This document shows, in pieces, positions 18,441 to 26,833 of a stretch of DNA of 64,000 nucleotides; positions within the stretch are counted from its first letter, which is position 1; every line of letters begins with the position of its first letter. Origin of the DNA: Candidatus Woesearchaeota archaeon (GTDB lineage: Archaea; Nanobdellota; Nanobdellia; Woesearchaeales; 0-14-0-80-44-23). The notes under the pieces were generated by a model that saw only the letters and a list, made by a program, of their open reading frames with translations, ran no database searches and had not been told where the DNA came from. Position numbers and translations under genes: made by a program. The DNA is taken from NCBI GenBank assembly GCA_038874135.1, contig JAVZCZ010000001.1:736001-800000 (forward strand), given 5' to 3'.

Positions 18441-20782
18441 TTTGTGCTCTGCTTTTAGGAATTGTAACTATAATCTTAGGTAGTTATGCCTGCGCTTTGG
18501 AATTTTCACCATCTTCAATTAACGAAGTGCTTTCTATTAACAAGTTTGTTCAGAAAAACATAACTTTGAAGAATGAACTCTCCTATCCGGTAAGGATTGC
18601 TCTGGTGCCCTCTTCTAACATTAGCGATTTATTAGACATCACTCCAAATTCTATTGAAATCGGGGCAAGAGAGTCAAAGAATGTTCTGGTTACAATATAC
18701 GGAAATGTTGATCCTATAAAATTTATTAATCGCTCGTATTACATCTTTAATGGCTTCATAAAGCTTGAAGGAGCTAACGCTCAAATACCTACGGACTTGA
18801 TGGTCACTAATGGAACAATAAACCTGCCCAGCAGCATGGTGCTTTCAGCATCGGCAGGTAAGGATTATTTCACTAAATCAGAAAATCTCTCTTTTATAAT
18901 TGTTGTAACGAATCTTATGACAGGCTCAAAACCAAATGTTACTCTTTTCTATTATTTCCTAATTGATAAAAACTCAGAAATTCCCGTTGGGAACGATTCC
19001 TTCATAATTACTACTTCAAAATCAGTTGTAAAGGAATTCATACCAATGTCTTCAATACCTGATGGCACCTATACTTTCAGGGTTGTAATGTCTTATGCAG
19101 ATAAGAAGAGTGTTGCTGATGTGCCCTTCAGGATATCAACCCCATTTATATTCAGAACATTCTTAGGTATAGCTGTATGGCAGTATATACTCGGAGTGAT
19201 TGCCTTAATAATAATTGGCTTGTTAGTATACTGGCGAAGGAAGCGTGTTTTGGCTTCTCGTCGTTATGGTGTGAGTGTGGATTTGCGTAGTTTTCCTTCT
19301 TCTGGTAGGCTTGTGCGTTTGGGTAAGTTGGCGGAGTATGGGCGTGATTTTTGGTTTGATTTGGATGGTTTGACTACGCATTGTATTGTGGCTGGTGCTA
19401 CTGGTGGTGGTAAGACTGTTGCTGCTCAGGTTTTGGTGGAGGAGGCTTTGAAGGCTGGTGTGGCTGTGGTTGTTTTTGATCCTACGGCTCAGTGGAGTGG
19501 TTTTTTGAGGCCTTGTTCTGATAAGGGTATGTTGTCTTTGTATTCGGGTTTTGGGTTGCGTCGTTCTGATGCTCGGGGTTTTCCGGGTAATGTGAGGCAG
19601 GTGTTGGATGCTCGTGAGGTTTTTGATGTTAGGCGTTTTATGCGTCCTGGTGAGATTGAGATTTTGAGTTTGAATAGGTTGAGGCCTGAGGAGATTGATG
19701 TTTTTGTGGCTAATACTGTTAGGAGCGTGTTTGATGCGGGTTTGGATGAGTGTCGTGAGTTGAGGTTGTTGTTGGTTTATGATGAGGTGCATAGGTTGTT
19801 GCCGCGTTTTGGCGGTTCTGGTGAGGGTTTTGTGCAGATTGAGAGGGCTTGTCGTGAGTTTAGGAAGTGGGGTGTTGGTGTTGTTTTGATTAGTCAGGTT
19901 TTGTCTGATTTTGTTGGTGAGATTAAGGCTAATATTAATACTGAGGTTCAGATGAGGACTCGTGATGAGGGCGATTTGGAGCGTATTCGTGTTAAGTATG
20001 GTGATGCTTATCTTAGGGGTCTTGTGAGGGCTAGTGTGGGTACTGGTATGTTTGAGAATCCCGGTTATAATGGTGGTCGTCCTTTTTTTGTTAGTTTTAG
20101 GCCTTTGTTGCATAGTGTGGTTCGTTTGTCTGATGCCGAGTTGGGTGAGTATAATAGGTTGAATGGGGTGTTGGATGATTTGGAGTTTTGGATTGGCGAG
20201 TTGGAGCGTTTGGGTGTGGACGTGTTTGATTTGAGGTTGGAGTTGAAGTTGGCTTGGGATAAGTTGAGGGTTGGGGGGTTTGGGATGGTGGATGTTTATG
20301 TTGAGGGTTTGAGGCCTCGCGTGTTGGGCGAGTTTGAGCGTTTGGGGAGGCCTGTTCCTAAGCGTGAGGTTAAACGCCTTTCAGATGAGGAGCTTGCAAA
20401 GCAGAGGAAGCTGGCTGAGCAGAGCCGTGCAGAGTTTATAAAAAAGATGGGCATTAAAGAGCAGCAGTCCAAGCAGGAGGAAAAGAAGGAAGAACACATC
20501 GTGCAGCCTTACACTTTTGATAATGGTGCAATGGTTTCGGAGCTTAAGGAGTTGAAAGACGCTATAGAACCTATGAGTGCTGACATCCTCAGAAGCGCGT
20601 TGAGTGGAAACAATAAGCTTTCTGATTGGATAAAGAATGAGCTTAAGAATGAGCAGCTTGCCTCTGAAATTGAGAAGGCGAAGACGAAAAAGGAGATTCT
20701 TGATGCAATAACTGCTGAACTTGATAAAGCAGAAAAGAGCAGTGAGAAATCTGGAACTGATAAAGGCCAAAAGTCTAAGTAG
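18401..20782 (+). CDS. Membrane-anchored HerA/FtsK-superfamily (DUF87-like) ATPase with extracellular Ig-like domains and C-terminal DUF5752-like domain
   Basis: Walker A GATGGGKT, VVFDPT, Walker B LLVYDEVH, REFRKWGVGVVLISQ; TM before the ATPase domain; start uncertain. Confidence 0.85.
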   Translation: MQVKITRQGEKGIICALLLGIVTIILGSYACALEFSPSSINEVLSINKFVQKNITLKNELSYPVRIALVPSSNISDLLDITPNSIEIGARESKNVLVTIYGNVDPIKFINRSYYIFNGFIKLEGANAQIPTDLMVTNGTINLPSSMVLSASAGKDYFTKSENLSFIIVVTNLMTGSKPNVTLFYYFLIDKNSEIPVGNDSFIITTSKSVVKEFIPMSSIPDGTYTFRVVMSYADKKSVADVPFRISTPFIFRTFLGIAVWQYILGVIALIIIGLLVYWRRKRVLASRRYGVSVDLRSFPSSGRLVRLGKLAEYGRDFWFDLDGLTTHCIVAGATGGGKTVAAQVLVEEALKAGVAVVVFDPTAQWSGFLRPCSDKGMLSLYSGFGLRRSDARGFPGNVRQVLDAREVFDVRRFMRPGEIEILSLNRLRPEEIDVFVANTVRSVFDAGLDECRELRLLLVYDEVHRLLPRFGGSGEGFVQIERACREFRKWGVGVVLISQVLSDFVGEIKANINTEVQMRTRDEGDLERIRVKYGDAYLRGLVRASVGTGMFENPGYNGGRPFFVSFRPLLHSVVRLSDAELGEYNRLNGVLDDLEFWIGELERLGVDVFDLRLELKLAWDKLRVGGFGMVDVYVEGLRPRVLGEFERLGRPVPKREVKRLSDEELAKQRKLAEQSRAEFIKKMGIKEQQSKQEEKKEEHIVQPYTFDNGAMVSELKELKDAIEPMSADILRSALSGNNKLSDWIKNELKNEQLASEIEKAKTKKEILDAITAELDKAEKSSEKSGTDKGQKSK
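19239..20394 (+). repeat. 1156 bp direct repeat, copy 1 (partner 23419-24574), G/T-rich, encodes the ATPase domain
   Basis: Sense translations and the overlapping antisense ORFs are identical; offset 4180; boundaries read from sequence. Confidence 0.95.
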
Positions 20783-20890
20783 ATTTCTTATACCTTAACC
20801 AACAATGTGGTATTTATAAACTTAGATTACTTAGTATGCATTTATACACATACACTATTTGTGTCACATTTAAAAATTAGTATATAAAAT

Positions 20891-20906
20891 GAAAATATTT
20901 ATATAT
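20891..20906 (+). promoter_or_regulatory. Putative BRE/TATA promoter for the second RHH pair operon
   Basis: GAAAATATTTATATAT, nearly identical to 42544-42558. Confidence 0.55.
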
Positions 20907-20970
20907 CAATATACATATTTAGTATGAGTTTGTATTCAAAGACCTTGAAAAGGCTTTTTTGGGACCCGAA

Positions 20971-21159
20971 ATGCGCAGTACGCCTGAGAAGCATGGCTCA
21001 AAGAGAATAACCATAACCATAAGCAAGGACCTTTTAGACTTCTTAGATTTAGCTGTGGAGAACAGGCTGTTCGCAAGCAGAAGTCATGCACTTGAAGTCT
21101 TAGTAAGGCGCAGGATGGAGTTTGAGAATGAAGCAAAGAATTACAATTACATTGGATAG
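20971..21159 (+). CDS. Ribbon-helix-helix protein
   Basis: KRITITISKDLLDFLDLAVENRLFASRSHALEVLV; ATG at 20971 is in frame with track ORF 20959. Confidence 0.85.
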   Translation: MRSTPEKHGSKRITITISKDLLDFLDLAVENRLFASRSHALEVLVRRRMEFENEAKNYNYIG

Positions 21160-21319
21160 TGAATGCCTGGCATGGGTTGATGAAAAGGTAAAGAATAGAA
21201 GCTTTGCTAATCGGAGCCACGGCTTTGAATTTTTAATAGCGCGATTCAAGGAGCGCCAAGAACTTCAGAATCTTCTCAACTCGCGAAATTCAAAGGAGGA
21301 AGACTTAAAACATGAATAA
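21128..21319 (+). CDS. Ribbon-helix-helix protein, paralog of the preceding gene
   Basis: MKQRITITLDSECLAWVDEKVKNRSFANRSHGFEFLI. Confidence 0.85.
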   Translation: MKQRITITLDSECLAWVDEKVKNRSFANRSHGFEFLIARFKERQELQNLLNSRNSKEEDLKHE

Positions 21320-24300
21320 AAATCCTACCTTCAGGATACTGGAACGGGACAGGCAGCTGGAAAGGAGAAGACAGCAGCTGTACATCCTATTAGGCATCTT
21401 AGGAGTTTTACTAGCAGTTGGTGTTATACTTCTGATAAGAATGTTCATAGGATACGCAGTTCTGGAAAGCAGGGCTGGCACAATAACACAACTTAATATA
21501 CAGCTCAGATACTCAACACACATATGGGCTGGATTTTACGGATTGGCATTCCGCGTTCCCGGATACACTGAGCAGCAGTCTGCAGTTGCAGTCGGCGGCA
21601 CAGTCTTCTTGCAGCACTTAGTATTTGACTGCTTAAAAACTACAGACGGCAACATTCCTGAGGTATATGCCAGTACTTCAAGAAACATTGACTGGAATTC
21701 ACTCCAGCCAGCAACTCCAGACTTGATTGACAGCTACCTACAAGTAGATCCTTCAGATATAACCTCTGCTTCAAACACATTTACAGAAACAATGTCAATA
21801 CTCTTAGGAGACAGAGAAATCACAAATATTGCTGCAACGCACACCAAAAAGTTCGGAGTTCCGGACAGCACGGACTTTGATATAGGCTTCTTAAAAGATT
21901 CGTTGGGAAATCTCGTATTTGTAACCCATGTAACTCCAACTTATACCAAAGGATTTAACAACCAAACTATAAACTACCAAATGCTCCTTCCAGTACAAGC
22001 AGGAACAGCTCCAGTATACTACTTCTTCTCAGACCCATATGACGAGTGCCAAGCAGGGCTTGAAGCTCTCAAAAATGCTACCATATTCGGAAGAGCCATA
22101 GACAATGCAACAGGCCTTCCACTTGAAAATGTTACAGTTAATCTTCATACTGCTACAGTTCTTACCAACTCTACAGGAGACTATTACATAGCAATATTTA
22201 ACGGCACCTACACCCTAGTAGCTTTCAAGCCGGGATATTACACCTTTGTTGCAACAAACATCACTCTCCCAGCTGACAATCTGTCTACACCTCAATCTGA
22301 AAATATTGTCGAATTTAATATATCCCTCATTCCCAACCCTGGAAACCCAACTGGACTCGGAAACCTAACTGGCACTGTAACTGATAAAGACTTCGGAATA
22401 CCCCTCTATAATGTAACAGTGTATGTAAACGGCAGAATCGCTAAGACAAACATTACAGGCCAATACCTACTTGAACTGCCAGCAGGAAATCATTCTCTTA
22501 TAGCAATGAAGGAAAACTACAGAACATACTACACTCCAAATGTAACTATACTGCCTGGAAACACCACTGAATTTAATTTCAGTATGGAATATGCAGAGCC
22601 AGAAATAAAAGAAACTCCTGGATATCCGCTAAATACCTTCGTTTCCAACCTACTCAAACAGGCAGTGCAGAGGCCTCAAATAATACTCACTCATAAGATT
22701 GATACAAAAGAGATATTTGAAACATTAAAAGTTGGCTCATATGTCCAGCGCTCATTCAATATAACGAGTTACAGGCCTGCCGAGTCCAAAGTTGAGTTTG
22801 AAGTCATAGGAAGTGCTGCACAGCTGGTAAAGGTTGACAAGAGCAGCTCAATAATACCTCCAAGGGGTGCAGAAAACTTCACCCTTACAATTCTAGCCAA
22901 TGTGCCTCCAGGCATATATACCGGAACATTCCTAATCAAAGGAGACCTTGAAGACAGAATCCCGATAAAGATAGTTGTTTATGAGAAGGATAGACTTCCA
23001 ATAGAGGCTCTTCTCCTAGAAGTAGTGCCAATAAAAAAGATAATCAGCCCAGGAGAACTATTTGAATATAAGGTCAGCATGACAAACCTGCTGAGGGACA
23101 CCCCATACAACATCACCCTTTCATACAATATCACCTCGCGCTCTTCAAATCTTACTATTCCCGTTGAAGAAGAGACGAGACTCTTGGAAACTCAGCTTTC
23201 CTACCTTAAGTATTACAAGCTTCCCAAAGACCTGCCAGAAGGAGAATACTTCCTTGAAACTAGAGCGGAATTCTTAGAACTATCAACAAACACAAAATCG
23301 CTATTCATAGTTAAGAAGCCAATTTACATGTATGCATTATTCGGAATACTTCCCCTCTGGCAGCTTTTCATAATAATAGTTTTCACCTCCCTCATGACCT
23401 TCGCAGGATTAATGTATCGGAAGCGTGTTTTGGCTTCTCGTCGTTATGGTGTGAGTGTGGATTTGCGTAGTTTTCCTTCTTCTGGTAGGCTTGTGCGTTT
23501 GGGTAAGTTGGCGGAGTATGGGCGTGATTTTTGGTTTGATTTGGATGGTTTGACTACGCATTGTATTGTGGCTGGTGCTACTGGTGGTGGTAAGACTGTT
23601 GCTGCTCAGGTTTTGGTGGAGGAGGCTTTGAAGGCTGGTGTGGCTGTGGTTGTTTTTGATCCTACGGCTCAGTGGAGTGGTTTTTTGAGGCCTTGTTCTG
23701 ATAAGGGTATGTTGTCTTTGTATTCGGGTTTTGGGTTGCGTCGTTCTGATGCTCGGGGTTTTCCGGGTAATGTGAGGCAGGTGTTGGATGCTCGTGAGGT
23801 TTTTGATGTTAGGCGTTTTATGCGTCCTGGTGAGATTGAGATTTTGAGTTTGAATAGGTTGAGGCCTGAGGAGATTGATGTTTTTGTGGCTAATACTGTT
23901 AGGAGCGTGTTTGATGCGGGTTTGGATGAGTGTCGTGAGTTGAGGTTGTTGTTGGTTTATGATGAGGTGCATAGGTTGTTGCCGCGTTTTGGCGGTTCTG
24001 GTGAGGGTTTTGTGCAGATTGAGAGGGCTTGTCGTGAGTTTAGGAAGTGGGGTGTTGGTGTTGTTTTGATTAGTCAGGTTTTGTCTGATTTTGTTGGTGA
24101 GATTAAGGCTAATATTAATACTGAGGTTCAGATGAGGACTCGTGATGAGGGCGATTTGGAGCGTATTCGTGTTAAGTATGGTGATGCTTATCTTAGGGGT
24201 CTTGTGAGGGCTAGTGTGGGTACTGGTATGTTTGAGAATCCCGGTTATAATGGTGGTCGTCCTTTTTTTGTTAGTTTTAGGCCTTTGTTGCATAGTGTGG

Positions 24301-24854
24301 TTCGTTTGTCTGATGCCGAGTTGGGTGAGTATAATAGGTTGAATGGGGTGTTGGATGATTTGGAGTTTTGGATTGGCGAGTTGGAGCGTTTGGGTGTGGA
24401 CGTGTTTGATTTGAGGTTGGAGTTGAAGTTGGCTTGGGATAAGTTGAGGGTTGGGGGGTTTGGGATGGTGGATGTTTATGTTGAGGGTTTGAGGCCTCGC
24501 GTGTTGGGCGAGTTTGAGCGTTTGGGGAGGCCTGTTCCTAAGCGTGAGGTTAAACGCCTTTCAGATGAGGAGCTGCAGAAGGAAAAGGAGATTGCTATGC
24601 AGGAACATGAGAAAGCAAAACAGCAGGAAGCAGGACAAACTTCACAAAATTCAGATTCCAAGACAGAAACTTCCCAAATTCAAAACACAAAAGTTGAAGA
24701 GCAGCCCAGCCAAAATGAAAAGGCCGAGAACCAAGAGAATGCAAAATCCTCAAATGAAAATAAAATTAAAAGAGTAAGGGAGGGTAAAAAGCAGAGGATG
24801 AGGAAATCAGCAAGTTCGGAAAAAAATAATAAAAAAAGAGGTGCTAAAAAATGA
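21312..24854 (+). CDS. Membrane-anchored HerA/FtsK-superfamily ATPase with N-terminal family-A (WxGxYG) domain, two carboxypeptidase-regulatory-like domains and Ig-like domains
   Basis: N-terminal TM; AGTITQL..WAGFYG..YQMLLP..YYFF domain; DNATGLPLENVTV and DKDFGIPLYNVTV repeats; second TM; ATPase domain identical to that of 18401-20782. Confidence 0.85.
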   Translation: MNKNPTFRILERDRQLERRRQQLYILLGILGVLLAVGVILLIRMFIGYAVLESRAGTITQLNIQLRYSTHIWAGFYGLAFRVPGYTEQQSAVAVGGTVFLQHLVFDCLKTTDGNIPEVYASTSRNIDWNSLQPATPDLIDSYLQVDPSDITSASNTFTETMSILLGDREITNIAATHTKKFGVPDSTDFDIGFLKDSLGNLVFVTHVTPTYTKGFNNQTINYQMLLPVQAGTAPVYYFFSDPYDECQAGLEALKNATIFGRAIDNATGLPLENVTVNLHTATVLTNSTGDYYIAIFNGTYTLVAFKPGYYTFVATNITLPADNLSTPQSENIVEFNISLIPNPGNPTGLGNLTGTVTDKDFGIPLYNVTVYVNGRIAKTNITGQYLLELPAGNHSLIAMKENYRTYYTPNVTILPGNTTEFNFSMEYAEPEIKETPGYPLNTFVSNLLKQAVQRPQIILTHKIDTKEIFETLKVGSYVQRSFNITSYRPAESKVEFEVIGSAAQLVKVDKSSSIIPPRGAENFTLTILANVPPGIYTGTFLIKGDLEDRIPIKIVVYEKDRLPIEALLLEVVPIKKIISPGELFEYKVSMTNLLRDTPYNITLSYNITSRSSNLTIPVEEETRLLETQLSYLKYYKLPKDLPEGEYFLETRAEFLELSTNTKSLFIVKKPIYMYALFGILPLWQLFIIIVFTSLMTFAGLMYRKRVLASRRYGVSVDLRSFPSSGRLVRLGKLAEYGRDFWFDLDGLTTHCIVAGATGGGKTVAAQVLVEEALKAGVAVVVFDPTAQWSGFLRPCSDKGMLSLYSGFGLRRSDARGFPGNVRQVLDAREVFDVRRFMRPGEIEILSLNRLRPEEIDVFVANTVRSVFDAGLDECRELRLLLVYDEVHRLLPRFGGSGEGFVQIERACREFRKWGVGVVLISQVLSDFVGEIKANINTEVQMRTRDEGDLERIRVKYGDAYLRGLVRASVGTGMFENPGYNGGRPFFVSFRPLLHSVVRLSDAELGEYNRLNGVLDDLEFWIGELERLGVDVFDLRLELKLAWDKLRVGGFGMVDVYVEGLRPRVLGEFERLGRPVPKREVKRLSDEELQKEKEIAMQEHEKAKQQEAGQTSQNSDSKTETSQIQNTKVEEQPSQNEKAENQENAKSSNENKIKRVREGKKQRMRKSASSEKNNKKRGAKK
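23419..24574 (+). repeat. 1156 bp direct repeat, copy 2
   Basis: Matches 19239-20394. Confidence 0.95.
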
Positions 24855-25675
24855 AGTCAAAAAAATCAGTTAAGTATAGAGCGAGAGTTCACAATAAGGC
24901 TAACTCAAGCAAGAAAGATTTGAGAAAAAAGAAGGTTCGCATTGAGAGAAAAAATAGCACTAAAACAATTAGTAAAGAAACATCACCTAAAAAATCCAAA
25001 GCTTACTTAAAAAAGCGATTTGGCAAGATTGATAACAGAGTTATTAAAAATAAAAATAATAAAGTAAAACCAGGAGCTTTAAAGCACAGAAAAAAAGAGA
25101 AGAAGCAGAATGTTCAAAAAAGAAGAAAAGCAATGCAAAAAAAGCCAGCGCCTGAAAACGCAGCCGCAGCAACCAACCAAGTACAGACAAATACGACTTC
25201 AACAGCTCAGCAGGCAAATTCTCAAATTGAAACACATTCAGATGTGGAAGCGCTTCAAAAAGAATACTCAGATATCAACAGCTATCTGGTTCAGCGAAGA
25301 AAAGCGGGAGTTGACACCTTCATACAGGAACTGAAACTTTTTTCAATACCGTCAAAAATTCAGCTTTTAAAGGCAGAATACTCAAAAGATTATGCTGACA
25401 AGATTAGAGTTCAACTTAATGAGATTAGAGAAGAGTTAGAAAAAGCAGAACCTCAACCGACCCCCCTTGACCTTCCTAAAGTTCAGCCGAACCAGCCGAA
25501 TCCATTCTCAGAGCAACAGCTCACAAGTCAGAATAATAATCATCCCTTAACGCAGGATGCAGAAAACTATTCAAAAGAACTAGCTGAGAAGCGCCTTTCA
25601 AATAAAATAAAAAATTCTCTGAGAAATGCTTCCAAAAAAGTTATGTCCATATTCAAAAAAGGAGGTGGAAATTAG
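24851..25675 (+). CDS. Hypothetical cytoplasmic protein, Lys-rich N-terminus plus helical domain
   Basis: 274 aa, ATG overlaps upstream stop; no TM or signal peptide. Confidence 0.7.
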   Translation: MKSKKSVKYRARVHNKANSSKKDLRKKKVRIERKNSTKTISKETSPKKSKAYLKKRFGKIDNRVIKNKNNKVKPGALKHRKKEKKQNVQKRRKAMQKKPAPENAAAATNQVQTNTTSTAQQANSQIETHSDVEALQKEYSDINSYLVQRRKAGVDTFIQELKLFSIPSKIQLLKAEYSKDYADKIRVQLNEIREELEKAEPQPTPLDLPKVQPNQPNPFSEQQLTSQNNNHPLTQDAENYSKELAEKRLSNKIKNSLRNASKKVMSIFKKGGGN

Positions 25676-26833
25676 ATGTTCAACCTTTTCAAACGGAAAA
25701 ACTCTGAAGAAGTTCCCAATCAACAATCAGCTAACGAAGATCTGACAGCTCCAGCACAAACCCAGCAAACTGCTACTACGCAAGGACAGGAAAACCTCGC
25801 TGCAGAATTAATGAAGATTAAGGCAGAAGTGGAAGCATTTTCAGATGTAAGAAAAGCCACAAATGAGAAACTTACAAGACTAAGCGAGCAGATTGGAGAG
25901 CTAAGAGCAATGATTGCAGACAGAGACAAGGTGATGAATCAGATAGAGGTTAAAGCTACAAAGGCAGCAGATCTCGTAGCCACAGTTAAGCCTGAAGAGC
26001 AGATGGTAGAAATAAAGCGTCAGGATGCAAAACTTGAAGCGTTTAAAGCATCTCTGGAGAGCAATGAACTTTTGATGAAGAGAGTTTTAGACGAACTTAA
26101 AGAGATGAGAACAAAGATAGCTTCCTTCCGCGGAATTGAGGAACTAATCAACCTTAACAATGAAGTAAAATCTGAAATAATTGAAATAAAAAAGGTTGAA
26201 GCAAACATACAAAAGCATGCAGACAAGGTAGAAACGATATTTGCAGAGGTTCAGAAAAGATTCGTTGACTTTACAAAAATTGATGATAGGATAGCATCCA
26301 ACACGAAGCAAATAGCAGAGCTATCAAAGAACTTGGACGGAGTGAAGGCAACTGCCTCGGCAGCAGCCACAAAAAAGAGTGTAGATGAACTAACTTCCAA
26401 ATTCTTAGAAATGAAAGACCAACTCTCAGAACTGGTTTCAACAATAAACAAGCGCCTCTCCTTAGTGGAGAAGAACAATTCTGCAGCATTTGAAGCTTTT
26501 GAAAAAGCGATAATGCACAAGTTTAAACTTTCAAAAGAGGAAGTAGCTGTATTTAAAGAGCAAGTACAGCAGAATCAGCAAGCCCAGCCAACTCAGCAAA
26601 TATCCCAGCCGCAGGATGTCTCTCAAAAGAGCAATACTCAAGAGCAAAATCTTCAGACCAGTGAAGCACCCGAAGCTCTACCACAGCCGCAAGCCTCTCA
26701 GCAGGTTCAGCAGCCGCAGAGTGAGCCAAATGAGCAAGACTCAAAAAAGCCTGACAGCAGCATTCAGAAAGAGATAAGAGAAGCAGCCAAGTTTGCTAAA
26801 AGGATAAAAAGCAAAAAAAGAAAGAAGAAATGA
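25676..26833 (+). CDS. Long coiled-coil cytoplasmic protein
   Basis: Heptad-rich (EKLTRLSEQIGELRAMIADRD...), Gln-rich tail, GGAGGTG RBS, translationally coupled. Confidence 0.75.
   Translation: MFNLFKRKNSEEVPNQQSANEDLTAPAQTQQTATTQGQENLAAELMKIKAEVEAFSDVRKATNEKLTRLSEQIGELRAMIADRDKVMNQIEVKATKAADLVATVKPEEQMVEIKRQDAKLEAFKASLESNELLMKRVLDELKEMRTKIASFRGIEELINLNNEVKSEIIEIKKVEANIQKHADKVETIFAEVQKRFVDFTKIDDRIASNTKQIAELSKNLDGVKATASAAATKKSVDELTSKFLEMKDQLSELVSTINKRLSLVEKNNSAAFEAFEKAIMHKFKLSKEEVAVFKEQVQQNQQAQPTQQISQPQDVSQKSNTQEQNLQTSEAPEALPQPQASQQVQQPQSEPNEQDSKKPDSSIQKEIREAAKFAKRIKSKKRKKK

Noticed and set aside
14547-21319. RHH genes as toxin-antitoxin modules
   Set aside because: No PIN, RelE or HicA-like toxin ORF is adjacent; partners are other RHH genes or large surface proteins
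19223-24293. Long antisense ORFs (296 aa at 19223-20113, 294 aa at 23409-24293; also 35085-36017, 45678-46502, 8078-8626)
   Set aside because: They are in register with the sense codons and stay open only because the G/T tracts lack TTA/CTA/TCA codons; the T/N/I/H/P/Q-only composition is the mirror of the skew, not a protein signature
19239-24574. Insertion sequence or horizontally acquired cassette explaining the duplicated G/T tracts
   Set aside because: No transposase, terminal inverted repeats or target duplications; tracts are in-frame parts of host genes, and for the 656 bp pair homology continues beyond the tract
18401-24854. Canonical HerA-NurA repair helicase or type IV pilus/archaellum ATPase
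   Set aside because: No HAS-barrel N-terminus or nurA/mre11/rad50 neighbours; motifs are HerA/FtsK-type rather than PilB/FlaI, and no prepilin-type genes or FlaJ/TadC are present
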